Sequence record: SRR20825006_1275
Length of the DNA stretch: 45,090 nucleotides
Strand: one strand, 5' to 3'
This document shows positions 1-9,293 of the stretch, piece after piece (the first letter of the stretch is position 1; each line of letters begins with the position of its first letter). The notes under the pieces are model-generated. The model made no database searches. It saw only the letters and a list, made by a program, of their open reading frames with translations, and was not told the DNA's origin. Made by a program: the position numbers and the translations under genes.

Positions 1-1
1 G

Positions 2-145
2 GACACCTGCCTCGCGATCATGAACGTGCTCCACGACAACCTCGGCGACTCCAAGTATCGCGCCTGCCCCCTGCTCCGTAAGTACGTCGACGCGGGCTGG
101 CTCGGGCGCAAATCTGGCCGCGGTTTCTACGACTACAACAAGTGA
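2..145 (+). CDS. hbd: 3-hydroxybutyryl-CoA dehydrogenase, C-terminal fragment (gene starts before the window)
   Basis: Frame from position 2 reads [47 protein letters not shown], the typical C-terminus (G.LGRKSG.GFY.Y) of 3-hydroxyacyl-CoA dehydrogenases; it precedes a crotonase gene. Confidence 0.9.
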   Translation, partial: DTCLAIMNVLHDNLGDSKYRACPLLRKYVDAGWLGRKSGRGFYDYNK

Positions 146-153
146 GTATTGCC

Positions 154-921
154 ATGAGTTTGATCCAGGAAACAGAGCTCGGAAACGGGATCGTCCAGTT
201 GACCGTCGACCGCCCGAAAGCGCTCAACGCGCTCAACGAGGAGGTCTTGAACGAGCTCACGCAGGTCACCGAGAAGCTCGCCAAGCGCGAGGATCTTCGC
301 GTGGTGATTCTCACTGGCGCAGGTCGCGCATTCGTCGCGGGCGCTGATATCAAGGCGATGCTCGAGATGAGCCCCGAGGGCGCGCTCGACTTCTCGGCCA
401 AGGGACACGCGGCCATGTCGAGCGTGGCGAAACTCCCGGTGCCCGTGATCGCGGCGCTCAACGGCTTCGCGCTCGGCGGTGGCCTCGAGCTCGCGCTGTC
501 AGCAGATCTGATCTACGCCTCGGAGAAGGCAAAGCTCGGGCTTCCAGAGGTTGGCCTCGGGCTCGTCCCAGGCTTTGGCGGGACGCAGCGACTCTCGAGG
601 CTCGTCGGCCCTCACGTCGCGCGCGAGCTGGTGTTCACCGGCAAGATGATCGACGCGCAAAAGGCCAAGGAGTACGGGATCGTGCTCGAGGTCTTTTCGC
701 CAGATGACCTCCTCGAGGAGGTCATCAAGATCGCCAAAACCATCGCCACCAAGGGTCCCAGCGCCGTGCGCTCGGCCAAGAAGGTGATGTATGCTGGTAT
801 CGAGCAACCGCTGAAAGACGCCCTGCTCTCCGAGCAACGCGTCTTTCAACAGCTCTTCCAGAGCGAAGAGCCTCGCCAGGGGATGCAGGCTCACCTCGAG
901 CGTCGCGACCCTGAATTCTGA
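154..921 (+). CDS. Enoyl-CoA hydratase (crotonase family)
   Basis: Motifs RPKALNALN, AFVAGADI, NGFALGGGLELAL and PEVGLGLVPGFGGTQRL. The ATG at 154 is preferred over the GTG at 142. Confidence 0.93.
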   Translation: MSLIQETELGNGIVQLTVDRPKALNALNEEVLNELTQVTEKLAKREDLRVVILTGAGRAFVAGADIKAMLEMSPEGALDFSAKGHAAMSSVAKLPVPVIAALNGFALGGGLELALSADLIYASEKAKLGLPEVGLGLVPGFGGTQRLSRLVGPHVARELVFTGKMIDAQKAKEYGIVLEVFSPDDLLEEVIKIAKTIATKGPSAVRSAKKVMYAGIEQPLKDALLSEQRVFQQLFQSEEPRQGMQAHLERRDPEF

Positions 922-956
922 ACGCACCGTTCTTTCCTCCTCAACGAGAGGTCATC

Positions 957-1385
957 ATGTCGACTTCAACCGAACGCACCTTCCGCGTTCTCATCGGAAA
1001 GCCAGGTCTCGACGGTCATGATCGCGGCGCCAAGGTCATCGCCAGAGCGCTGCGCGATGCAGGCTTCGAGGTCATCTACTCCGGGCTTCACCAGACGCCC
1101 GAGATGTTGGTGAGCATCGCTCTCCAGGAGGATGTCGATTGCATCGGCCTGTCGATCCTCTCGGGCGCGCACAACACGCTCATGCCCGATGTCGTCGCGC
1201 TGCTCGAAGACGAGGACGCCTCCGACATCTTTGTCTTTGGCGGCGGGATCATCCCTGATGAGGATATCCCGAGGCTCAAGGACGCTGGCGTGGTCGAGAT
1301 CTTCACCCCCGGCACGCCGACCACTGAAGTGGTCGCGTTCCTGCGCGAGGAGTGCACGCGCAGGCTCGCCGCGCGTCAGGACTGA
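957..1385 (+). CDS. Cobalamin-binding small subunit of an acyl-CoA mutase (methylmalonyl- or isobutyryl-CoA mutase type)
   Basis: KPGLDGHDRGAKVIARALRDAGFEVIY contains the DxHxxG B12 motif; also GLSILSGAH and GGGIIP. Confidence 0.93.
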   Translation: MSTSTERTFRVLIGKPGLDGHDRGAKVIARALRDAGFEVIYSGLHQTPEMLVSIALQEDVDCIGLSILSGAHNTLMPDVVALLEDEDASDIFVFGGGIIPDEDIPRLKDAGVVEIFTPGTPTTEVVAFLREECTRRLAARQD

Positions 1386-1425
1386 ACCCCCTGGCACAAC
1401 ACCTCATTCACACCACGGAGTTCGT

Positions 1426-2400
1426 ATGGCGCGCCATATGAGCGATGAAGAGATCGTCACGCGCATCCTCGATGGCGATGTCCGCGCAGCGGGCCGCCTG
1501 ATGCGTCGCGTCGACGACAACCTCCCCTCCGCACGCCCGATCCTCGCCGAGCTCTTCTCACACACGGGAAAAGCTCGCATCATCGGCGTCACGGGAAATC
1601 CAGGTTCGGGCAAGTCCACGCTGGTCAATCAGTTGATCGGCACGTTGCGAAAGCGAGGGCATCGCGTCGGCTGCGTCGCGGTCGATCCGACGAGCCCCTT
1701 CTCTGGTGGAGCGATCCTCGGCGATCGCGTTCGAATGCAACAACACGCCCTGGATAAGGACGTGTTCATCCGCTCGGTCGCCACGCGAGGAAACCTCGGC
1801 GGCATCTCGCGCTCGACGCCAGCGATCGTGCAGGTGTTGGACGCGATGAGCTTCGATGTCATCATCATCGAGACCGTCGGAGTGGGACAGGATGAGGTCG
1901 ACATCGTGCGCCTGGCGGACACGTCCATCGTCGTCAACGTGCCCGGGCTCGGGGATGACGTGCAGGCGAGCAAGGCAGGCATCATGGAGATCGCCGACCT
2001 GTTCGTCATAAACAAGGCGGACCGTGATGGCGTCAAGCGATTGCGACGCGAGCTTCGCACGATGATCGAGCTCGGCGAGGGCTTTGGCGAAGAGGACTGG
2101 AAACCCAAGGTGCTCGAAACCATCGCCACACGAGGCGAAGGGGTCGAAGCGCTGGCCGACAGCATCTTCGAACACCTCGACTGGCTCGATACGCACGGCG
2201 AGTCCGAGCGCATCGAGCAAGACCGCCTCGATCACTACATTGCCTTGATCGCTACAGGACAACTCGAGCGCATGATGGCAAACATCCAGCAGGAGTCCTC
2301 GTGGAAGGCGCTGCTCGGCGAGGTCTCGTCGCGCGAGACCAGCCCCTATGAGGCCGCGAATATGATGCTCTCGAAGTTGCGCGAAGCGATCGAGGAGTGA
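1426..2400 (+). CDS. meaB: MeaB/ArgK family mutase-associated GTPase
   Basis: P-loop GNPGSGKST, AVDPTSPFSGGAILGDRVRM, ETVGVGQDE, KAGIMEIAD and NKAD; GGAG lies upstream of ATG 1426. Confidence 0.93.
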   Translation: MARHMSDEEIVTRILDGDVRAAGRLMRRVDDNLPSARPILAELFSHTGKARIIGVTGNPGSGKSTLVNQLIGTLRKRGHRVGCVAVDPTSPFSGGAILGDRVRMQQHALDKDVFIRSVATRGNLGGISRSTPAIVQVLDAMSFDVIIIETVGVGQDEVDIVRLADTSIVVNVPGLGDDVQASKAGIMEIADLFVINKADRDGVKRLRRELRTMIELGEGFGEEDWKPKVLETIATRGEGVEALADSIFEHLDWLDTHGESERIEQDRLDHYIALIATGQLERMMANIQQESSWKALLGEVSSRETSPYEAANMMLSKLREAIEE

Positions 2401-2420
2401 TTTTTGCGCCAGAGCGGCGC

Positions 2421-2497
2421 GGGAAATAGTGGCGCGCTGTTTTCAAAACCCCGAGCAATCTTCAAACGGATTTGAAAACAGCGCGCCACTATTTCCC
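2421..2497. repeat. Inverted repeat with 27-bp perfect arms and a 23-nt spacer (REPIN-like doublet)
   Basis: GGGAAATAGTGGCGCGCTGTTTTCAAA (2421-2447) has its exact reverse complement at 2471-2497. Each arm is itself an imperfect hairpin (AAATAGTG/CGCTGTTT). Confidence 0.85.
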
Positions 2498-2500
2498 TCG

Positions 2501-2575
2501 GCACAACGACAAGAAAAAGCGAGCGGGCTGATTCGATTCTCGAATCAGCCCGCTCGCTTTTTCTTGCCGTTGTGC
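2501..2575. terminator. Long hairpin, probable bidirectional terminator between convergent genes
   Basis: 36-bp arms (2501-2536 and 2540-2575) with one mismatch; A and T tracts flank a GC-rich core. It lies between meaB (+) and the 2583-3440 gene (-). Confidence 0.75.
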
Positions 2576-2582
2576 TCGAACC

Positions 2583-3440
2583 TCAGAAGCCGCCGCTGCC
2601 GCCGGTGCGACGCATCGCCGAGACGCGACCGGAGGTCACGAAGGACTCTGCGCCCTGCCCCGAGCTGTCGAGGTGGCGAGAGATATCGATCCCTTCGCTG
2701 TCGGCGCCGATCACGCCGTCATTGGAGACGGCGCGCGAGATGGGGTCGACGATATCGAAGGCCCAGTTGTGAATGTCGAAGGTGAACTCGAGTTGGTGTT
2801 CGCCAGCTTCGAACTCGACATCGTTGAGCGTGAAGAAGACCGCGCGCTCGCTGTGGTAGTAGAACGGCGTCCAGGTGTCAGGTGTTTCTGGGTTGTCGCT
2901 CAGGCCGTCCGCGTCGCCCTTGATCTCGTCATCATCGGGATCGAACGGATGAGGTGTAGGACGCTCGCCATCTTCACCGATAGCATAACGAGAATCACCG
3001 CCGCTCTGTGCGACAAAGCCCGAGACCTCGAAGCTCGAGATGAGGTCGCCATTCTGACCTGAATCGATCGGTTCGAGGCGTACGCTGACGAGATAGCGAC
3101 CAGGACGAGGAAGCTCGATGGAGTCCCCGAAGCGCTGCGTCTCGCCGTGAGCCACGTTGAACTTGATGATCTCTGGCTTGACCGCCGAGAAGGCGACAGA
3201 GCCCGCGTTACCCGCGAGCGGCTCGAGGCGGATCTCGGAGATCACGAAGCCGAGCTCGCTCAGGTGAAGGTCCGCAGGCAGCGAAGAGATGCCAGCGATC
3301 GAGAACGTGGGCACGACCGTCACGGTCTGTGTGCGCGTCTCGACCTCCTGAACAACCGGAGCTTCTGCTTCGGTGTCAGCGCACGATGCGGCCGTGATGG
3401 CGAGCATGGCGAGCAGGATATATTGAAATGTTCGGGGCAT
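2583..3440 (-). CDS. Hypothetical lipoprotein
   Basis: Signal peptide with lipobox AASC; acidic, beta-rich mature region; no family recognised. Confidence 0.75.
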   Translation of the reverse strand: MPRTFQYILLAMLAITAASCADTEAEAPVVQEVETRTQTVTVVPTFSIAGISSLPADLHLSELGFVISEIRLEPLAGNAGSVAFSAVKPEIIKFNVAHGETQRFGDSIELPRPGRYLVSVRLEPIDSGQNGDLISSFEVSGFVAQSGGDSRYAIGEDGERPTPHPFDPDDDEIKGDADGLSDNPETPDTWTPFYYHSERAVFFTLNDVEFEAGEHQLEFTFDIHNWAFDIVDPISRAVSNDGVIGADSEGIDISRHLDSSGQGAESFVTSGRVSAMRRTGGSGGF

Positions 3441-3545
3441 GGCTCACTCGTTTTCAGCGGTGACTCTTCTCGAAATTTACCACAACCTCCTGGAGCTGGC
3501 GAGCAAACACCCTATCCATCAGTTGCAATCGACGAGAATGTGGGT

Positions 3546-6500
3546 TCAGGAACCGGTCAGTCGATTCTTGAGTTCGACGAGCTCCTCGTCCGCGTTGATG
3601 ATTTGTGAGAGACGCGGGCGCTTCATCTGCAAGATGCTCGCGGCCTGCGTCACATTACCTTCCGTTTCTATAAGCGCACGCTTGATGCACTCGACCTCGA
3701 GCCTCTTCTTGAGGCGCGTCAGCGAGAGCCCTTGCGCGACGATCTGCTCGACCAACGCGTCCTCGGGATCTCCCTGAATGATGGTGACATCGGCGGCGGT
3801 CTCATCGGACACGCCCCCTTCACCATCAGCGAGCGCCTCTGTGAGGCTCGCGCTATCGCGCTCCTGCCAGGCGTCGAGCAGTTGCTCGACGTCGCCCTGA
3901 TAGCGCCCACCAGAGAAGAAGTCCTCGAACTCCTGTACATGTTCCAGGGTGACCGTGGAGCCTTCGACAAAGAGCAACATCGACTTGATGAAGTTCTGCA
4001 GCTCTCGGATGTTACCGGGCCAGGAGTAGCGCACCAGCTCGCGCATCGCCGCGCGCTCGAAAGCGTATCGCTGCTTGCCAAACTTCTCGGCGAAGCGCTC
4101 GACCAGGAGCGGGATATCACCGCGACGATCGCGCAGCGCGGGGAGTTCGATGACCATCCCCTTGAGGCGGTAGTACAGGTCGAGTCGGAAGCTGCCCTCC
4201 TCGACCATCTCCTCGAGGTTCTTGTTCGTCGCGCAGATCACGCGCACATCGAGGTCGATGGTCTCTGTCCCACCGACGCGCTCGAACTGACGCTCCTGTA
4301 ACACGCGAAGCAAGGCGACCTGGGTTTGCGGTGTGATATCGGCGATCTCATCGAGGAAGATCGTCCCACCCTCGGCCATCTCGAAGCGGCCGATCTTTTG
4401 CGCGGCGGCGCCGGTGAACGAGCCCTTCTCGTGGCCAAACAGCTCGCTCATCAGCAAGCTCTCGACAAACGCCGCGCAGTTGACCTTGATGAGTGGCTTC
4501 TTGGCGCGGCTGCTCTGGGCGTGGATCGCCTCGGCGATGAGCTCCTTGCCTGTTCCCGATTCTCCGAGCAAGAGCATCGTGGTGTCCGAATCCGCCACGC
4601 GGTCGATCACCTTGAAGACCTGGAGCAAGCGAGGGTTCTCGCCAACGATCGCGCCGTAGCGCTCGCGCCATGCGTACCAGCTCGCGTCGCGGCCGCCATC
4701 GGCGCTGTTGGTCACGCCACGTGTTTTGGTGCGGAGCGCCGCGGGGATTTCGACGTCGCGCTCGGCGGCAAAGGCGGTGATGCGCGCGTGAATCGGGATC
4801 GCGAAGAACCCGTGTCGCAAACTCGCCGGGATGCGCTCGGCGTGCTCGACGATATCGTTCATCGCGCGCGTGAGCTCCTCGGCGGCCACCTTCTCCTGAC
4901 CGCTCGCCGCGAGCGCCTGCGCGCGCCAGAAGCGCGCTCTTGTCGCCTCGCGGAAGTTGCCGACCTGGTTCGAGAGCTCGCGCGCCGTGGCAAAGTCCTC
5001 GCACGCGCCGACGGCGTCGCCATCGTGCAGCTTGAGGTGGGCGCCGAGTTGAATGTAGAGCGCCTCGAGGTTGAGCTCCTCGCGCTCGGGGTCCTCGTCG
5101 TAGGCCGCAAACAGCGCGCGCGCTTCCTCCCACTTGCCGAGCTCGACGTAGGCGAGCGCGAGTCGCAGTGATTCTGTACGCCCAGCGCCGATGACGTCCT
5201 CGCGCGCTTCCTCTTCGAGCGCCGCGAGCAGCTCGACGACCTGGGCAAAATCACCGCGCTGGAAGTGGATATTGGCCCGCGCCACGCGCATGCGCATCGC
5301 CACGAACGTGTTGCGTTGTGGCGCGCCCCGATCCTCGAGGTGCTGCAACATCTGCTCGGCGCGATCGAGCGCGCCCATGTCGCGGTACAACATCGCGAGG
5401 TTTTGTGCGGCGTTGCTATAAACCGAATCGACCCCGTCCTGACGCGCCACACGCATCGACTCGAGGTTCGAGGAGAGCGCGCGCATGTACTCGAAGCGGT
5501 AGTGGTAGATCAGCGCCAGGTTGAGCAGGCAGATCGAGCGCGGCACGAGCTGCGAATGCTTGGAGAACTCGAGCGTTCCCTCGAGCAAGGAGATCGCCTC
5601 GTCGTAGTCGAAGCGTTGCATCGCCACCACGCCGAGGTTGCCTTGCGCCCTGGCCTCTTCACCGCCCCAACCTCGTGAACGCGACAGCTCGAGGTTCTCT
5701 TCGAATCGAGAGACGGCGGCCTCGTGACGGCCGAGCATGATGTCGACCTTTCCAGCCAGGTTGCGCGCGGAGAGCACGGCGCGATCGTGGATATGCGCCT
5801 GGATCATCTCGCGCTCGCGCGCATCCGCTAACAGCTCGAGCGCGCGCATCGCCTCGTCCATCGCCTCGCTGTAACAGCCGAGCTTGAAGCTCATCTCGCC
5901 GCGTTCACTGATCACGCGCGCGGCGAGCGCGGGCTGCTCGGAGACATCGCCGAGCTTCTCGAGCGCGCCATCGAGCACGTCCTGTGCCGTCTCGTAGCGA
6001 TTCATCAACCCGAGCAGCGACGCCGTGCGGAGCGAGATCTCGACGCTCCCCTTCAACCCCACGACGTAACGCTTGAGGTGCCCGCAGTGACGCAACGCGC
6101 TGCGCCAACGCCCGAGCCTCGCCCAGACATCGACGGCCATCGCGTGGAGCTCCGCGCAGATCACCTCCTGTTCGGTGTGCTCGAGCACACAATCGATCAA
6201 TTGCGCGGCCTCTTCGAGCGCGCCGCTCCCGAACAACTTGCGCGCTGCCGGGACGCCTGCCTCGAGCGCGATCTCGATATCACCCGCGGCGAACGCGTGC
6301 TGGGCGATAAAGACCGAGAGTTCCTGAGACTGTGACGTGTCCTCGCGAGCGGCCTCGTGCAGCGCGCGATGCAATGCCTTCTCGCGATCCTCTCCGAGCG
6401 CGCCGCATACCGACTCGGCAAAATCTGGCTCGGCCAGACCGAGGCGAACAGCCCCCATCTGGACCACGCGCTGGATCAACTTCGCGTCGATCAGCCGTCG

Positions 6501-7418
6501 CGCCGTGTTGGAGAAATGCTCGACGTTGACGAGCTGCATCAGCGCGCGATGCGCGAGCCCGATCTCGAGCGGCTCGTCACACACCGCCAACAACTCCACG
6601 AGCGAACGCGCCACATCACCGAGGCGCTCGACGCGGCTCATCCAGAGGTGGTGCACGTCCCCATCGAGGTGATTGACCAGATCCTCGAGGCGGCTCAAAT
6701 CGCCGCGCGTCGTCTCGACCAGACCGCGGATGACGTCAGGGCGCGAGAGGTAATTGCGGACGCTCTCTTCCATGTGCTCGGTCACATCGAGCGGCGTGAC
6801 GTCGACCTCTTTGGAGAGGAACGACGGTAGCTCACCACCTGTGCGAATCGCCACCAGCGCGCCGCGGGAGCGCTCGCCGGTCATGACCTCGGGCGCGAGC
6901 TCGGCGATCGGGTCGGTGAAGTGATAGCGCGCCAGATATCCGAGCTGGTGTTGGACCTGAGATGTGCAACGGTGTGGATAGAAGACGAACAGGATCGCGG
7001 GGAGCACCTCGCACAGCGAACGCCATAACCTGGCGAGCGTGTCCGTCAGAATAACCTCTCGTTCGTGCGAGAGGGTATGAACGGGATCTTGCGAGGTGTG
7101 CATCCACTCGAGCAGATCTTCTACCTCGGCGCTGATCTTGCCGCGACGCTCGACCTCCATCACGAAGGTGTCGATCACCTCGCGGAAGGTGCGCGTGGAG
7201 ATCAACGTGCCGGTCGGGTCCATCCCCAACACGAGCATGTCGCGCGTCTCGAGCTCGGCGCGAAGCTCGGGGAGCAAGGCATACACCTGCTCGTCACCGA
7301 TGCCACGCAGCGACCATACAGCACCACGCTCACGGCTCTGCGCGAGCAAACGGGCCATACCCTCTGCGCTGAACTGCTCGAGCGCCTGGACGCGCTCTTT
7401 GTTGGCTGCTGACATCAT
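3546..7418 (-). CDS. Large sigma-54-dependent activator: helical/TPR-like N-terminal region, AAA+ domain and Fis-type HTH
   Basis: GESGTGKE Walker A, ELFGHEKGSFTGA, FLDEI, RVLQE, FRLDLYYRL, WPGNIREL and a C-terminal HTH (EGNVTQAA). The start is placed at ATG 7418 after GAGGTGG. Confidence 0.9.
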   Translation of the reverse strand: MMSAANKERVQALEQFSAEGMARLLAQSRERGAVWSLRGIGDEQVYALLPELRAELETRDMLVLGMDPTGTLISTRTFREVIDTFVMEVERRGKISAEVEDLLEWMHTSQDPVHTLSHEREVILTDTLARLWRSLCEVLPAILFVFYPHRCTSQVQHQLGYLARYHFTDPIAELAPEVMTGERSRGALVAIRTGGELPSFLSKEVDVTPLDVTEHMEESVRNYLSRPDVIRGLVETTRGDLSRLEDLVNHLDGDVHHLWMSRVERLGDVARSLVELLAVCDEPLEIGLAHRALMQLVNVEHFSNTARRLIDAKLIQRVVQMGAVRLGLAEPDFAESVCGALGEDREKALHRALHEAAREDTSQSQELSVFIAQHAFAAGDIEIALEAGVPAARKLFGSGALEEAAQLIDCVLEHTEQEVICAELHAMAVDVWARLGRWRSALRHCGHLKRYVVGLKGSVEISLRTASLLGLMNRYETAQDVLDGALEKLGDVSEQPALAARVISERGEMSFKLGCYSEAMDEAMRALELLADAREREMIQAHIHDRAVLSARNLAGKVDIMLGRHEAAVSRFEENLELSRSRGWGGEEARAQGNLGVVAMQRFDYDEAISLLEGTLEFSKHSQLVPRSICLLNLALIYHYRFEYMRALSSNLESMRVARQDGVDSVYSNAAQNLAMLYRDMGALDRAEQMLQHLEDRGAPQRNTFVAMRMRVARANIHFQRGDFAQVVELLAALEEEAREDVIGAGRTESLRLALAYVELGKWEEARALFAAYDEDPEREELNLEALYIQLGAHLKLHDGDAVGACEDFATARELSNQVGNFREATRARFWRAQALAASGQEKVAAEELTRAMNDIVEHAERIPASLRHGFFAIPIHARITAFAAERDVEIPAALRTKTRGVTNSADGGRDASWYAWRERYGAIVGENPRLLQVFKVIDRVADSDTTMLLLGESGTGKELIAEAIHAQSSRAKKPLIKVNCAAFVESLLMSELFGHEKGSFTGAAAQKIGRFEMAEGGTIFLDEIADITPQTQVALLRVLQERQFERVGGTETIDLDVRVICATNKNLEEMVEEGSFRLDLYYRLKGMVIELPALRDRRGDIPLLVERFAEKFGKQRYAFERAAMRELVRYSWPGNIRELQNFIKSMLLFVEGSTVTLEHVQEFEDFFSGGRYQGDVEQLLDAWQERDSASLTEALADGEGGVSDETAADVTIIQGDPEDALVEQIVAQGLSLTRLKKRLEVECIKRALIETEGNVTQAASILQMKRPRLSQIINADEELVELKNRLTGS

Positions 7419-7768
7419 CCACCTCACTCGCGCCCGCGTCTCGTACACCCGTTGGAAGGAGGGGTCTCCACGAATCCTCCGCCATGGCATACGTCGCTGG
7501 GCCTACATTGTGCGACATCTCAGTTTAGCAGAATCGTCACATGACTTCTACGCCGATTTCTTTCATTCTCGGCCACTTCTCTGCCCTCTCGCAAACACAT
7601 CCATTCGGTTGAGACGCGACCGCCCTTCTGGTATCACCTTAGGCGGTAGGAGGGGCCACTGCACTGGATCTTGATGCGGCTCCTCCATTGACGGTTTCAA
7701 TTTCTGGCCAGCATATGGCCACCTTCTGACACATCAGACGTCAGACCCATCTGTTGGAGCAAATCACG

Positions 7769-8452
7769 ATGAAGACTCTCCTCGCTGTCCCCACGCTCTC
7801 TCGCGTCACGTTCCTGATGACGTTGATCGCGATCGGTTTCACCTTCCAGGGGTGTGGGTACTTCACCCGCGAAGACGCGAACTTTAGCAAAGACGTCAAG
7901 GTCCCGCTGGACTTCCCCGCCTTTGACGCCGACGCGCTCTGCCCCTCGACCACCGAGGCATGCAATCAAGAGCCCGTCGCTGCCCCAGAAGCGCGCCAGC
8001 TCGAGCCCATCGACGTCAACATCGACGTCAACGTCGTGGCCGCCACTGGCGTCGACGAGCTCTCTCAATACGCGGGCAAGTTCCAGTCGATCACCGTCTC
8101 GAAGATCGAATACGACGTCTCGCCAAACACGCTGACCTTCGATCTCCCCGAGGTCACGCTCTACCTCGCCCCCACAGGCACCGAGTCCATCAACGACGCC
8201 GCCGCGGTCCCCTTCGCGACCATCCCCATGACCGCCGCAGGCATGGAGGTCAAGGGTGGCAACGCCACGATCATCTCCGAGAATGACGCCAAGTTCTCCG
8301 ACCTCCTGAAGACGCTCGAGGTCGCCGCGCTCGCTGGCGCGCAGCCCGTCGTCAAGCAGGGCCAGGAGTTCCCTCCGAGCGGCAAGGCCGAGATCAAGGC
8401 GACCATCTACGTCAACTTCACGGCGAACCCACTGGATGCTGCCGGCCTTTGA
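7769..8452 (+). CDS. Hypothetical lipoprotein
   Basis: Hydrophobic signal with lipobox FQGC; GGAG upstream of ATG 7769; strong GC3 codon bias. Confidence 0.75.
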   Translation: MKTLLAVPTLSRVTFLMTLIAIGFTFQGCGYFTREDANFSKDVKVPLDFPAFDADALCPSTTEACNQEPVAAPEARQLEPIDVNIDVNVVAATGVDELSQYAGKFQSITVSKIEYDVSPNTLTFDLPEVTLYLAPTGTESINDAAAVPFATIPMTAAGMEVKGGNATIISENDAKFSDLLKTLEVAALAGAQPVVKQGQEFPPSGKAEIKATIYVNFTANPLDAAGL

Positions 8453-8489
8453 TGGTTAGAATCATGCGCGCATCACCAGCGCCAAAGAG

Positions 8490-8528
8490 AAAGGCGCGCT
8501 CGATGTCTCGAGCGCGCCTTTTCCTTTT
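8490..8528 (+). terminator. Rho-independent terminator
   Basis: AAAGGCGCGCTCGA-tgtc-TCGAGCGCGCCTTT followed by a T-rich tail. Confidence 0.65.
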
Positions 8529-8565
8529 CGACGCCACTTGCCCACAAACAAGAGGACTCACGCCC

Positions 8566-9291
8566 ATGTCACATACCCGCCTCGCGCTCTCACTCTCGAT
8601 CGTGGCCACGCTCACCGCCTGCAACACGCCGAATAACAACAGCGAGAACACCACGCAGCCACAAGCCGAGCAAACCTCGAACGCCACGAGCAATCAAAAC
8701 ACCGAGACCACGCCCGCGACCCCCCAGGCCCCGAAGCTCACGGACCTCGAGCGCTACACGCAGGATGTCGAAGGCGACGGAGATCTCCACGTCGAGATCG
8801 AGACCTCGCAGGGAACCATCCCTTGCCGTCTCTACTCAGAGCGCGCGCCGTTGACGGTCGCGAACTTTGTGGGCCTGGCGCGCGGCATGAGCCCATACGT
8901 CGACCCTCGCTCGGACGAGCAGGTCGAGGGAGAACCTTACTACGATGGCGTGATCTTTCACCGCGTGATCCCTGACTTCATGATCCAGACAGGAGATCCC
9001 ACGGGGACAGGCCGCGGAGGTCCCGGTTACACGATCAAGGACGAGTTTCACCCGGACCTCAAACACGATGGTCCGGGCGTGCTCTCGATGGCCAACGCGG
9101 GTCCAGACACGGGCGGCTCACAGTTCTTCATCACCGTGCGCGCGACCCCACACCTGGACAACAGGCACTCAGTCTTCGGAAAATGTGAAGCGATGGATGT
9201 GATCGAGAAGATCTCGACGCTCCCGACAGATGCTCAGGATCGTCCGAACGACCCTCCCGAGATCAAGTCGATGCGGTTCGTGCGGAAGTGA
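8566..9291 (+). CDS. Cyclophilin-type peptidyl-prolyl cis-trans isomerase, lipoprotein
   Basis: FHRVIPDFMIQTGDPTGTGRGGPGY, LSMANAGPDTGGSQFFIT and HSVFG; lipobox LTAC followed by an N/T/Q-rich linker. Confidence 0.93.
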   Translation: MSHTRLALSLSIVATLTACNTPNNNSENTTQPQAEQTSNATSNQNTETTPATPQAPKLTDLERYTQDVEGDGDLHVEIETSQGTIPCRLYSERAPLTVANFVGLARGMSPYVDPRSDEQVEGEPYYDGVIFHRVIPDFMIQTGDPTGTGRGGPGYTIKDEFHPDLKHDGPGVLSMANAGPDTGGSQFFITVRATPHLDNRHSVFGKCEAMDVIEKISTLPTDAQDRPNDPPEIKSMRFVRK

Positions 9292-9293
9292 CC

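Noticed and set aside
1132-1425. Longer N-termini given by the ORF track for meaB, the PPIase, dprA, purA, both activators and the cNMP protein
   Set aside because: The extensions overlap neighbouring genes or terminators or lack homology-like features; downstream starts (most with a visible RBS) fit better.
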